DNA of 64,000 bases from Bacteriovoracia bacterium (GCA_050246755.1 JBFWVL010000001.1:480001-544000), one strand, 5' to 3'; counted from the first letter of the stretch, positions 19,046-29,151 are shown. Numbers and translations: made by a program. Notes: a model not told the origin generated them from the sequence alone.

Positions 19046-21451
19046 ATGAAGCCACTAAAAACATTATTCTTTTTCCTGACTCTAACCACCATTTCCCTTC
19101 CCGCTTTCGCGGCGGAATGGGAGTTTTTGGCGACGGACCTGTCGGACGCCGAAAATCATGACTACGCCATCACGGAGCTGAAAAAAACTCCCGACCTGGA
19201 GCAGTCCCTCAAGGCGGCGCTCCTCGATCCCGAGCGCCGCCAGCTTGCCGCCGACGTAATCGTAGCACTGCAGTTAAAAAGCCTGGCCCCGCATCTCGTG
19301 GTGTCCGCTTCGGTGGAGGCGAGCGGAACCCTGTTCGTTTCCCTGCTGGAGCTCGACCCCGAGGGGCGCGAGCCCGCGATTGCCCATGCCTATAAAAACG
19401 CAACCGCGCACTTAGGGCTGGCCCGCCAAGCTCCCGCCACCACGGTGGCATTACTGGATCGTCTGCCGGGAGTGGAAAAAGCGCTCAGTCCGAAAAAAAT
19501 CTCGCGTCTGCTCCAGCACTCCAGCCACGAGGTGAGAATCGCGCTGGCCCGCCGTTTAACCAAACCGGAAAAAGTCAGCAGTAAAATCGTGGCTCAATTG
19601 CTCGCGAGCAAGCCCTACCAAGTGCGCTGGGAAACGATCTCCGCCCTGGCCAGCCGCCCCAACCTGGATAGCGCCACGCTGGCGGCCATGCGTAAGCAGT
19701 GCGCGCTGGAATCGCGGGCCGAGTTCAAGCAAATTTGCTCCCGGCTGGTGAGCGACGCGGGATTCCTGCGCCGTTTCTTATCGAGCGCGGTAAATGCGCT
19801 CGGCATTCCCGAAGCGATGGCCACCCCCCCGATGAAAAGCGCCGGCAAAAAGAAAACGGCCCCAAAGCGGAGAGCCGTGGCCGATGATGAGGACGGCATC
19901 GACGATACATCCACGCTGAAGGCCAACGAAGATAAAATACAGGCAAGGCAGCAGGTGGAATTTTTTTCCCGTCTGCAGACGGCCATCAAAGGCCCGCCGA
20001 AAACCCTGGGCGAAGTATGCTCCGAAGAAAACGGTGATCCGATCCTGCAAGAGTTCTGCTTGAAGCGTTACGCCAGCCTGGACGGGAAACCCGCCATTCG
20101 GTTCGATATTTTTTCCGGCTACCAGAACTTCGGCAATATCGTAAGGGATTCGATCGAGCGCACGGCCTGGATCGAATGGCTGCAGCTGCCCTGCAAAGCG
20201 GGCAATCGGGTTTGCGGCTTCCAGCGCGAGGCCGACGACGCCGATGTTTTGTACAAGGAAATCACGTGGTCGGATGGATCCACGAAGCGGATCGAGTTTC
20301 GCATCTACGATGCCTCCGTCAGCACCAACGATGCGTACAACGAGAAATCGGAAGCCCAGCGCGTGAAAACGGAGCAAGTGAAAAGCCAGTTCGCCGATTC
20401 CCTGCGCAATTCCGACCTGGTGTTCTACATGGGGCATTCGCGCTACGGCGGCGGCCCAGACTTTGGCCCCGAAAAGCGCAAACCGAACCGGAAATGGGAT
20501 ATCGGTTACTATAAAAAGAACCGGCCCGGGCTGAAATTAATGGCCGACGCCATGAAAGAACGCAAAGACGGCAGCCTATTCCTCCTGGGCCTGATGTCTT
20601 GCGATTCCCGCCATCATTTCGAAGCCAACGTGAAGAGTATCGGCGCCGCCGACCGGACCCTCCTCAGCAAGAACTTGGTGGGATCCGATGAAGGCTACGA
20701 CAAGCTCATCGAAGTGGCCGAGGGCGTATTAGCCCAATCCTGCGAGCCGCTCGCGCGAGACGACAAACTATTCGAATTGAAAGTAAAGGCTTCGTTTATC
20801 GAGGTGGGAAAAAAAGCAACCGTAGCTAGCACAGAAGCGGATCGAAAACCCGCTCCCGCGGATACCGCGGTAGCGAGCGCTGCCGAGATCCCCATCTCCA
20901 TGGTAGAAATACCCGTCCCGAAAGTGGCTAAGGCAGAAGAAGCAAGGCCGGTACCAGCCCCTGATCCCGCGGCAATCCCACCGACTCCCGCTAACGGGGA
21001 AAACTCCTTGGTGCGCTTAAAAATGGAGAAAAAGCCGGAGAGATTTTCTTGGCTGAATAATTCCCTGCCGAGAGAGCAAGCACCGCAAGAGGAAGTGCCC
21101 CTTTCCGTAACAGCCGCCGAACCCCCGGAAAAAGTGGTCGCCGTACCGACTGCCGAAGAAATTCAGCGCCTCATCGATAAAGCGGTGAAAGAGCAAGTGG
21201 CCGAAGCCCTGAAAAAAATCGAGGAGGAAAAAAGCGGCACCGCCAATCCTTCTCCCCCCGCCAAGGTGGCTAGGAAATCGGATAATTCCCCGCGCAAAGC
21301 GGGCTGCGTGCAGCGCTATGGAACCGGATTGTTCTACGGCATCCCATTGGGATGCGGAAAAGCCACGCGGGGAACCACCACGCGCCGGCCCAGCGCCCTT
21401 CATCGGAACGGCTGTGTACGAATGCTATCCGGCGCCGTTCTTTGCGCTTAG
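19046..21451 (+). CDS. Large secreted protein: helical/HEAT-like N-terminus, putative clan CD (caspase/gingipain-like) domain, Pro/Ala/Glu-rich tail
   Basis: Signal peptide MKPLKTLFFFL...PAFA; LVFYMGHS and LLGLMSCDS; low-complexity C-terminal region. Confidence 0.7.
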   Translation: MKPLKTLFFFLTLTTISLPAFAAEWEFLATDLSDAENHDYAITELKKTPDLEQSLKAALLDPERRQLAADVIVALQLKSLAPHLVVSASVEASGTLFVSLLELDPEGREPAIAHAYKNATAHLGLARQAPATTVALLDRLPGVEKALSPKKISRLLQHSSHEVRIALARRLTKPEKVSSKIVAQLLASKPYQVRWETISALASRPNLDSATLAAMRKQCALESRAEFKQICSRLVSDAGFLRRFLSSAVNALGIPEAMATPPMKSAGKKKTAPKRRAVADDEDGIDDTSTLKANEDKIQARQQVEFFSRLQTAIKGPPKTLGEVCSEENGDPILQEFCLKRYASLDGKPAIRFDIFSGYQNFGNIVRDSIERTAWIEWLQLPCKAGNRVCGFQREADDADVLYKEITWSDGSTKRIEFRIYDASVSTNDAYNEKSEAQRVKTEQVKSQFADSLRNSDLVFYMGHSRYGGGPDFGPEKRKPNRKWDIGYYKKNRPGLKLMADAMKERKDGSLFLLGLMSCDSRHHFEANVKSIGAADRTLLSKNLVGSDEGYDKLIEVAEGVLAQSCEPLARDDKLFELKVKASFIEVGKKATVASTEADRKPAPADTAVASAAEIPISMVEIPVPKVAKAEEARPVPAPDPAAIPPTPANGENSLVRLKMEKKPERFSWLNNSLPREQAPQEEVPLSVTAAEPPEKVVAVPTAEEIQRLIDKAVKEQVAEALKKIEEEKSGTANPSPPAKVARKSDNSPRKAGCVQRYGTGLFYGIPLGCGKATRGTTTRRPSALHRNGCVRMLSGAVLCA

Positions 21452-21553
21452 ACACTAGATTCAGTCCCTTACTCCAGCGCGCGCGACGGAAAACCATGCC
21501 CTTTGGCCCTCGGAATTTCTTTACCGCGCCCCCGAAAAATCCGATACGCCTGT

Positions 21554-22558
21554 ATGATCCGTCCTTTTCTACCATTTTTCCTAGCGCTTCTTTGGCTGGG
21601 TAACGCGCAGGCAGGCACCGAGCTGGCAACGGGAATCTCGGCTATCGATCGACTGAACCGGGCCATCGACGTGGTGAAAGAGGACTGCCCCGAAGTGGTG
21701 GGTCCGGCGGTCGAGCTGGAATGCGCGGAAGCACCCGGACCCGCAAGGGCCGAAGATTCCAAAAATAAAAAATATTTTGAAAGCCTGCTGAAACGCGGTC
21801 AGAAAGCGCCGCTCAGCGCATTTTTGAAACTATGGTATCCTGACGAGCCGGCCATTTCAGACTCCCCCTTTTTTGCTTGCGAGGAAGGCCCTTCAAATAG
21901 CCTCAAGCTAAAGGCGGGCGAGCTGCTTTCCGAAGACTGCAAGCCCGATACCCTTTACAGCTGGGGAACGCTGGCCAAGTTGCGCTCCATCGCCTCCCGG
22001 ATTCCCGACGGCGGCCCCTGGGAAAAAAACGTGAACATCAAGCAACGGTTGATTTACGCCTCCAACTCGGCGGTTTCCACTTTCGGCTACGGCCCCTACC
22101 TCGTGCGCTTCAAGGTTCGCAAAGGGATTCCTTTCATTGGCAATAAGGTGGAAGAGGGAGCAAGCGTGGGAGTGTCGGACCCTTGGCGCGAGTACGACTT
22201 CCGGGAGTCGTCGGCGATTGAAAGCTGGTCTACGGGCACACCCGAAATGTACGACGAAGTGGTGCGTGATATCCTTCGCTACCAGTCCGGCGCGAGGGTG
22301 GAATCCTATACACCTCCCGAAGAATGGCCCAAGCGCATGAAAGGGACAGTTGAAGGGTTGAATCGATTGTATGCGCAGGGAGAAGATGGAAACATTCACG
22401 ACGAAAAGCACTTGAAGGAAGCGCTGCTAACCTTACTGCGACAAATACTGAATAATGAAGGGCGTGTTTCCTACGCCCCGGGAGCCTGCCGCAATCGCGC
22501 CCGGCATTTTTCCACCGATAAGCCGTCCTACATCAATCCCCGCGCTTATAGGAACTAG
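21554..22558 (+). CDS. Secreted hypothetical protein, possible ADP-ribosyltransferase-like fold
   Basis: Signal peptide MIRPFLPFFLALLWLGNAQA; LYSWGT, IYAS..VSTFGYG..LVRF, REY. Confidence 0.65.
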   Translation: MIRPFLPFFLALLWLGNAQAGTELATGISAIDRLNRAIDVVKEDCPEVVGPAVELECAEAPGPARAEDSKNKKYFESLLKRGQKAPLSAFLKLWYPDEPAISDSPFFACEEGPSNSLKLKAGELLSEDCKPDTLYSWGTLAKLRSIASRIPDGGPWEKNVNIKQRLIYASNSAVSTFGYGPYLVRFKVRKGIPFIGNKVEEGASVGVSDPWREYDFRESSAIESWSTGTPEMYDEVVRDILRYQSGARVESYTPPEEWPKRMKGTVEGLNRLYAQGEDGNIHDEKHLKEALLTLLRQILNNEGRVSYAPGACRNRARHFSTDKPSYINPRAYRN

Positions 22559-23353
22559 CTAGAGCAGACCCTGCGCCTTCGCCCAGCGGTCGAAGTCCGA
22601 TTCCAGCTGGTCGAAGCTGTCGATCACGAAAAGCTCTTCCTGCATATGCCAAATATCGTAGGGCTTCTGCGCGATCACTTCGATATCGAAGGGTATTTTT
22701 TTCGGCTGCCCCGAGAGGGAATAGAGAACTTCGTCGGGCGAGGAAACGATTCCGGACCCGTAGATACGCAGGCCCTCGGGATTCTCGATCAGGCCGAACT
22801 CCACCGTATACCAATAAATCCGCGGGAGCATTTTCGTGCCGGGATGCCCAAGCTGGAATGCCTTCACGCCGGCCTTGCCGAATTTTTCGAAAAAGGCGGT
22901 GAAGCGGGGATTGATGAGCAAGGGCACGTGCCCGAGCAGATCGTGGAACATGTCGGGCGCAGGCGTATAGCCAAGCTCTTGGCGGGTACGGATGAAATCG
23001 GTGGAAGGAAAGATCTTCTCGGAGAGGAGCTGAAAAAATTCTTTGTCTGGCACGAGGCCATCCACGCGCATGAGCTTCCAGCCAGTATGCTTTTCGATCG
23101 CATCGGATACGAAGGCGAGCGAAGGAATATGATCGTGGGGGAAAGGGATTTGCGCGAGCCCCTCCATAAATTCGTTGCAGGCGCGGCTGGGCAGAACTTT
23201 CTGCTGGTTCTCGATCAGCAGTGCCCAGGTGCCGTGCTCCTCGGCGGTATAATTAGGAACTTCCACGTCGTGGATATCGCGGTAATCGGGAATGCATTCG
23301 TGCATTCCTTGGGGAACTTCTTTACCGCTCGCTTTTACGTCGGCGTAGCTCAT
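22559..23353 (-). CDS. phhA: Phenylalanine 4-monooxygenase (aromatic amino acid hydroxylase)
   Basis: YTPAPDMFHDLLGHVP, YWYTVEFGL, YGSGIVSS. The ATG overlaps the upstream TGA (TGATG). Confidence 0.92.
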   Translation of the reverse strand: MSYADVKASGKEVPQGMHECIPDYRDIHDVEVPNYTAEEHGTWALLIENQQKVLPSRACNEFMEGLAQIPFPHDHIPSLAFVSDAIEKHTGWKLMRVDGLVPDKEFFQLLSEKIFPSTDFIRTRQELGYTPAPDMFHDLLGHVPLLINPRFTAFFEKFGKAGVKAFQLGHPGTKMLPRIYWYTVEFGLIENPEGLRIYGSGIVSSPDEVLYSLSGQPKKIPFDIEVIAQKPYDIWHMQEELFVIDSFDQLESDFDRWAKAQGLL

Positions 23354-24390
23354 CAGCGAATCCATACCACGCTGTAGATACTCTTCAAGTCTTTCGCGCG
23401 CACCCAAACGCCGCCGCTCTCGTAGGTGCGGCGGAAGCGGGCCAAGTAATTCTCGGAGGAGTCGCCGAAGGAATTGCGGATGAAGTAGTAGCATTTCCCT
23501 TCCCGCATTTTCCGGGCGGCGATCACGGAGGCGTGGTCACCGGTGGGATAATCCTTATCGAGTTTCATGATGTCGTTGGTGGAGTAGCCGATCGAAACCA
23601 CTTGGCCGCGATCGAGCTGCTGATCGATTTTTTCGAAGAGCTGGCCGTGCACGTCCACGGCGCTGAAGGTATTGAGAGAATTGAGCCGCTCGAATTCCTT
23701 TAAGGTTTTGGCGAAGCGGAGGGTATCGGGAAGGACCGGCTTGGCGGGCAGCCAATGGCGGCCGCAGCGGAGGTTTACCCAGTTCTGAAAGCTATGCGCA
23801 GCGATCCGGGCCTCTGGCTCCGCCACTTCGCCAATGGGATCGGTACGTTCCCTCTCGGAATACTCACGGCGGGCCAAGCGCCCCTGGTGGTACGCGTTGA
23901 TCGAAGCCAGATATTCGGTATAGGTGGGATCACCCGCGGGAAGTTTGTCCTGATCACAGAGACCGAAAATATTGGCGAGAAAAATCGTCTGCATCTCTTC
24001 GCCGCCGGTCCAGTAGATGCCTTCGTCGCTGAGGATTTTCGCGGCGGTAAAATTTTCGGGCTCATCGTTGCGGTCTTTGCGCCATTCGGCGAGAAATTTG
24101 GGGCGTTCGCGCAAATAATCCAGGATCGCGGGGCTACGCGAATTTAGGATGGGCTCGGGATTCGAAAGAATATAGGAAGTGGCTAGATCCAAGGGAGATA
24201 CGCGGCGGCCGGTGGCGGCGGCAATCAGATCCGCCGAGGAATGGGCGAAGCAATGTCCGGTGATGCCCTGGTCCAGCACTGGGCCTAGCGCCGGGCGAAG
24301 GTCTACTTCTCCACAAGCACCATCCGCCGCGTGGGCCGGTGCCTGAAATGCGAGAAGCGCGATCCCTAGAAAAAGCCGAAATTTCATCAT
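23353..24390 (-). CDS. Secreted papain-like (C1) cysteine protease
   Basis: Signal peptide; VDLR...VLDQG..GHCFAHS, GDHASVI, IRNSFG (Q/C/H/N set). Confidence 0.82.
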   Translation of the reverse strand: MMKFRLFLGIALLAFQAPAHAADGACGEVDLRPALGPVLDQGITGHCFAHSSADLIAAATGRRVSPLDLATSYILSNPEPILNSRSPAILDYLRERPKFLAEWRKDRNDEPENFTAAKILSDEGIYWTGGEEMQTIFLANIFGLCDQDKLPAGDPTYTEYLASINAYHQGRLARREYSERERTDPIGEVAEPEARIAAHSFQNWVNLRCGRHWLPAKPVLPDTLRFAKTLKEFERLNSLNTFSAVDVHGQLFEKIDQQLDRGQVVSIGYSTNDIMKLDKDYPTGDHASVIAARKMREGKCYYFIRNSFGDSSENYLARFRRTYESGGVWVRAKDLKSIYSVVWIR

Positions 24391-24438
24391 CCCCCACAGA
24401 CTACAGAAGGTTTACCAGATCGCCACGAGCATCGCCAC

Positions 24439-26175
24439 TTAGTGCGAAAATCCTGCCTGCAGCGAAATGGCTTTTGCGTATGCGCCGCCCTGCGCCAAAA
24501 GCGTATCGTGAGTGCCTTCCTCCACGATTTCGCCCTTCTCCATCACCAGGATGCGATCGGCTTTGCGAATCGTAGAAAGACGGTGGGCTACCACGATTGC
24601 GGTCCGGCCCACCATGAGCCGATCTAAAGCCGCCTGAACGAGGCGCTCGTTCTCGCTATCGAGGGCCGAGGTGGCCTCGTCGAGCAAAAGAATGGGGGCA
24701 TCTTTGAGGATGGCGCGGGCGATAGAAAGACGCTGGCGCTCGCCTCCGGAAAGCTTTTGGCCCCGGTCTCCGATCACCGTATCGAGGCCTTCGGGAAGGT
24801 GCTCGATATAATTCCAGGCCTGCGCGGCCTCGGCGGCGGCCCGAATCTGGGGATCCGAGATTTGGTGGCGGCCGGCCTTGATATTGGCGCGTACGGTATC
24901 GTGGAATAGGAAAACATCCTGGGTCACGAGGGCTATCTGGTCACGGAGGGATTCGAGCGTGGCGTCGCGTACGTCCATCCCGTCCACCAAAACCCCGCCG
25001 GAAAGAGGATCGAAGAAACGAGGAATCAAGCTGAGCACGGTGCTTTTCCCCGCGCCGCTCGCGCCCACGAGGGCCACGAGCTCGCCTTTTTTGATCTTTA
25101 GCGAAAAACTCTTCAGCACGGGCTGATGCGTGTGCTGGTAGGCGAAGGTAACATCGCGGAATTCGATTTCACGGCTGAAAGCCGGGATTTTTTTCGCGTT
25201 CGGGTGATTCTCCACTTCGGGCTTAAGATCCATGATCGCGAGCACGCTGTCCACCGCGGCCGAGCTTTGGCTCAGTGAAATATTCAGCTCGCTGATGCGC
25301 TTGAGCGGATTCAGCATCGCGCCCCAGCACACGAAGAAGGCCATCACTTCCCCGGGAGTCATGCGTCCGCGGATCGCCTCGTGGCCCGCGTAGTAAACCA
25401 GGAAGGTCATGGCGAGGCCGAATACGAATTCCACCGCCGGCCGGCTGAGCTCTTCCATCCGGATCGCCTTGAGTGAAGTGCGGGCGAAGTCGCGGTTGAT
25501 CTTCATGAACTGCCCGCGCAAATATCCCTCGAGACGGAAGGCCTGCACCACGCGGATGCCGCCCACGCTCTCGGAGAGCAACGCGCTCATTTCGCCGAGG
25601 CTGTTCAGAATACGACTCGTATAGCGCTTCGAGTGCTTGCTGGCATTTCCGATCAGGAGCCCACAAGCGGGAACCATCACCATGGTGATCAAGGTTAGTT
25701 TCCAATTGAGGTGGAAGGCGTAGCCGATCAGGGCGAAAAACGTGAGGGGCTCTTTCACCACGTCGATGATTCCGCTCACGCAGCGGGAGATCACCTGCAC
25801 GTCGTTCGTTACGCGCGAGAGCAGAACCCCGCTCTGGGCCGAGTTGAAATAGCCCATCGAGAGGCGCAGCAGGTGCTGGTAGAGATCGTTGCGCAGCTCC
25901 TGGGTCATGCGGTTGGCGGCGGCACGGATCAAATAGTTATTGAAAAAGCGGACCACGAAATTCAGGAGGAAGGCCAGGGGGATTCCCACCGCGAGCATAT
26001 GCAACGCGTGCGGATCTTTCTTCACGAGCACTTCGTCGTTCAGGAATTGCACGATCAGGGCCGGGCTGAAATTAATCGCCGCCGCGGGAATAGAGAGCAG
26101 AGCCGAAAAAAGGATGGGCCAAAAATGCGGGCGCATATAGGGCCAGAGACGGGTAAATACCGAAAACTTTCTCAT
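24439..26175 (-). CDS. msbA: MsbA-like lipid A/LPS ABC flippase
   Basis: Membrane domain plus GASGAGKST, LSGGERQRL, LLLDEATSALD, AHRLSTI; LPS gene context. Confidence 0.85.
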   Translation of the reverse strand: MRKFSVFTRLWPYMRPHFWPILFSALLSIPAAAINFSPALIVQFLNDEVLVKKDPHALHMLAVGIPLAFLLNFVVRFFNNYLIRAAANRMTQELRNDLYQHLLRLSMGYFNSAQSGVLLSRVTNDVQVISRCVSGIIDVVKEPLTFFALIGYAFHLNWKLTLITMVMVPACGLLIGNASKHSKRYTSRILNSLGEMSALLSESVGGIRVVQAFRLEGYLRGQFMKINRDFARTSLKAIRMEELSRPAVEFVFGLAMTFLVYYAGHEAIRGRMTPGEVMAFFVCWGAMLNPLKRISELNISLSQSSAAVDSVLAIMDLKPEVENHPNAKKIPAFSREIEFRDVTFAYQHTHQPVLKSFSLKIKKGELVALVGASGAGKSTVLSLIPRFFDPLSGGVLVDGMDVRDATLESLRDQIALVTQDVFLFHDTVRANIKAGRHQISDPQIRAAAEAAQAWNYIEHLPEGLDTVIGDRGQKLSGGERQRLSIARAILKDAPILLLDEATSALDSENERLVQAALDRLMVGRTAIVVAHRLSTIRKADRILVMEKGEIVEEGTHDTLLAQGGAYAKAISLQAGFSH

Positions 26176-27005
26176 GAAGCCGCTCCGATGCCACGTTTCG
26201 CTTTCACCCGCTTCGACCGCTTCACTTCCTCGAGCAAATCTTCATTCACGGGCGTGAAAGCCCGCGGCTCGTGCCAGAGGTGAAACTGCAGGCAAAGATT
26301 TTTGGCGCTCTTGATCTTGAGCCCGAGATTCAGGAGACGAAGCTCCACGTCGGTATCTTCGCGGCCGTAACCCTCGTAGCTTTCGTCGAAGCCGTCGATC
26401 TGGAGCATATGTTCGCGGAGAACCGAGAAATTACAGCCCTTGAGGTCCACCACTTTCTCGAGGCCAAAGATTTTGCGGAAGATCGGGGCCTTCACCATAT
26501 AGGAACGGTGAAAAGGCTTGGAACCTTTTTTGCGGAAGGAATCCAGGAAAAGGGCCAGGATTCCGCTAGCCACTCCGTTGAGCATCCCCTTTTCAATCCG
26601 GTGCGGGGTGAGCTTCGCGGTAAACTCCTTGGAAAGATCCACGCGGCGGCCGGCGATATAGTGCTTTCCGTCCTGGAGGGCCACGTGCTGGGCCACGAAA
26701 TCTTTATGGGGCACGCAATCGCCGTCGAGAAAAATCAGGGTCTTGCCCTTGGCCGCCTGGATCGCCCGGTTCAGGATGCGGCTCTTGCGAAAACCTTTGT
26801 TCTCCTGCCAGAAATGCTGGATGGGAAACACGCCGCGCTTCTGGTACTCGGCCACGGTCTGCTTCGTGCGCTCGTCGGAGCCGTCATCCGCGAGCATCAC
26901 TTCGAAATTTTTTTCGGTCTGGGTGAGCAGCCCGCTCAGCACGAGGGCGAGCGCTTCCGGCCATTGGTAGGTGGCGAGGATAATACTGGCGGCCGGGGCA
27001 TTCAT
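26172..27005 (-). CDS. Glycosyltransferase family 2
   Basis: IILATY, ADDGSD, FLDGDC, GFDESYEGYGREDTD. Confidence 0.93.
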   Translation of the reverse strand: MNAPAASIILATYQWPEALALVLSGLLTQTEKNFEVMLADDGSDERTKQTVAEYQKRGVFPIQHFWQENKGFRKSRILNRAIQAAKGKTLIFLDGDCVPHKDFVAQHVALQDGKHYIAGRRVDLSKEFTAKLTPHRIEKGMLNGVASGILALFLDSFRKKGSKPFHRSYMVKAPIFRKIFGLEKVVDLKGCNFSVLREHMLQIDGFDESYEGYGREDTDVELRLLNLGLKIKSAKNLCLQFHLWHEPRAFTPVNEDLLEEVKRSKRVKAKRGIGAAS

Positions 27006-27059
27006 TCCCCTTTTCTTACCATAGGAGAGCCCTGCTCGGCAGCAAGCTTACGCACAGTA

Positions 27060-27086
27060 ACGCGGCGCTTCTCCGCCGTGAAGTTC
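27060..27086. repeat. 27-bp hairpin-forming direct repeat, copy A
   Basis: acgcggcgcttctccgccgtgaagttc; 24/27 identical to 29155-29181. Confidence 0.8.
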
Positions 27087-27092
27087 GTTACG

Positions 27093-27731
27093 TCAGTGCC
27101 CGAGATCGTCGAATTCAAGGTAGACGGACTTTTTGATTTTCAACGTTCCGTGAACCGACCTTAATACCTGGCCTTCCTCCAACGGTTCGTTGGGGGCTGA
27201 AAACGTCACCACCAAATTCACACCGGCACTATCTACTTCCACGAACTGATCGAAGTCGGGCTTGCCGTGGATCACATGCGCCAGCCAACCTTTGCCTCCG
27301 CTGCCAAAGAAAAAACCCGAGAAGGCTTTCGCCGGCAATGTTTCCGGCTTCAGCTTCTGCCGAAAAAGAACCTTCGGCGCGCTCACCTTTACGTTCTCGG
27401 CGATCAACGTTCCGCCCCTTTCAAAATGCCCCCGGTATAATTCTGCGCCAAACGAATGCGGCTTCGCGACCATCTCACCCAGGGCAAAAGGCTCGGGCAC
27501 CAGCGTATAAACAGTTTCTCTGCTTGCCTCTTTACTGGCCTTCAGCTGCGCCATCGTGGCGGCATCGAATTCCGCTTCGAAGATCACTTGGCTGTCGTGG
27601 GGCGCGTGGAACATGGGCAAGTGAGAAAGATAGATTTTCTCCGTGCCGAGCACGAGCATCCCGTGCACTGCGGAGTGCTCCGCCCAGGCAAATCCGGGCA
27701 AGAGCATCAACAACAAATTAAAAATCTTCAT
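27093..27731 (-). CDS. Secreted hypothetical protein
   Basis: Signal peptide MKIFNLLLMLLPGFAWA; conserved-looking HGMLV, YLSHLPMFH.PHD.Q, YRGHFERGG, PDFDQ. Confidence 0.85.
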   Translation of the reverse strand: MKIFNLLLMLLPGFAWAEHSAVHGMLVLGTEKIYLSHLPMFHAPHDSQVIFEAEFDAATMAQLKASKEASRETVYTLVPEPFALGEMVAKPHSFGAELYRGHFERGGTLIAENVKVSAPKVLFRQKLKPETLPAKAFSGFFFGSGGKGWLAHVIHGKPDFDQFVEVDSAGVNLVVTFSAPNEPLEEGQVLRSVHGTLKIKKSVYLEFDDLGH

Positions 27732-28191
27732 GGCTGCACATCCTTCTGCCAACGCAAGGCCGCTCTTTCGCCGGCGGGGCGGTGTCTACGCATTCGAGCT
27801 GGTATTGCTTCGCTTGCTCTCCATTTTCTGAGGGAAGAGTGAATACCCAGTGGTCATAGGAAGAACCGCAGGACTCGCCCCATTGGTGAGAGATATGTGC
27901 TCCGTTCTTCAAGCTGGCGCTACTACTGCCCTGCTCGCCACACCGGGTTGCGCTGCTATGCTTAGTAAAAGCAACGGTTTGCGTATCGCTTTCCTTTCCG
28001 TCCAAGGCAACCTTCACCCAAGCTGATTGAAATTTCTCATTCCAAGAATCAGAGGAAAGGTTATTCCCCCAACCAATGGTTACCCCGTCATTCTCCGTTC
28101 CCGCCACTTTGCATTCCGTCAGCCAGCCCGCTGGAGCCGCCTGTGCCTGCATCGTTACCGCCATCGCCAAAATCCAGAATACGTTCTTCAT
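27718..28191 (-). CDS. Secreted Cys-containing hypothetical protein
   Basis: Signal peptide MKNVFWILAMAVTMQAQA; GGAG SD; overlaps the next gene by 14 nt. Confidence 0.75.
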   Translation of the reverse strand: MKNVFWILAMAVTMQAQAAPAGWLTECKVAGTENDGVTIGWGNNLSSDSWNEKFQSAWVKVALDGKESDTQTVAFTKHSSATRCGEQGSSSASLKNGAHISHQWGESCGSSYDHWVFTLPSENGEQAKQYQLECVDTAPPAKERPCVGRRMCSHEDF

Positions 28192-28302
28192 AAAATCTCC
28201 AAAAAAAATTGGCCGGTTCATCCGGCGCAAAGAGAAGTACCCAAGCGGGCCAATTTCGTAAAATTAATAGATTTTATTATCCTATCGATATAATTAATAA
28301 TA

Positions 28303-29151
28303 ATGAGCCTCTCCTCCCTCCAACTCGACGCCTTCCAGGCCGTAGCCGCCGCCAAAACCTTCTCGGCCGCCGCGAAGGCCCTCCACCTCACCCAGAGCGC
28401 CCTCTCCCAGCGCGTGATGAACCTCGAGGAGGAGCTGGGCTCTACCCTATTCATCCGAGAAAGTTCGGGCCTGCGGCTCACAGATTTAGGCGAGAAGCTC
28501 CTGCGCTACTGCCGCTCCCGGTCTTTGCTGGAAGAGGAATTCCTGGGCGCAACGAAAAGCAAAGGCCTGTCGGGGGCCGTGAGGATCGCGGGATTTTCCA
28601 CCGTGGTGCGCTCTCTCTTGGTTCCCATAACGGCTTCCCTGGTAAAAGATCATCCCGACTTGCAAATATCCCTGCAATCGGCCGAGTTGCGGGAATTGCC
28701 GGGACTGCTGGCTTCCGGCGCGGCGGACTACGTTCTGCTCACCCGCGTTCCCGAAAAAAGCGGGATCGAAAGCCAGCTGCTCGGCCACGAAGAAAATGTT
28801 TGGGTCACGGGAAAAGGCAAGCACGCGAGAACGGGCGTATTCCTTGATCACGATGCGGAAGACGCCACCACCGAAGAATTCTTCCGCCTGCAGGGAAAAA
28901 AATCCCCCAAATACAAACGCTCTTACCTGGGCGACATGTATACCATTCTCGAGGGAGTGCGCGCCGGCCTGGGCTCCGCGATCGCGCCTCTGCACATCGC
29001 CAAAGAAATTCCGGGGCTGGAAATCGAGAAGGGATACAAAAACCTGCGGGTTCCGGTCTACCTCGCCTACCACGCCTCGGGCTTTCCCACGAAACTGCAG
29101 AAAGAAGTGGTGACACGACTTCAGCGCGAAGTGCCATTATTGCTAGGCTAG
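28303..29151 (+). CDS. LysR-family transcriptional regulator
   Basis: QLDAF.AVA...TFSAAAKALHLTQSALSQRV..LEEELG..LF.R HTH; divergent from the 28191 gene across an AT-rich spacer. Confidence 0.96.
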   Translation: MSLSSLQLDAFQAVAAAKTFSAAAKALHLTQSALSQRVMNLEEELGSTLFIRESSGLRLTDLGEKLLRYCRSRSLLEEEFLGATKSKGLSGAVRIAGFSTVVRSLLVPITASLVKDHPDLQISLQSAELRELPGLLASGAADYVLLTRVPEKSGIESQLLGHEENVWVTGKGKHARTGVFLDHDAEDATTEEFFRLQGKKSPKYKRSYLGDMYTILEGVRAGLGSAIAPLHIAKEIPGLEIEKGYKNLRVPVYLAYHASGFPTKLQKEVVTRLQREVPLLLG

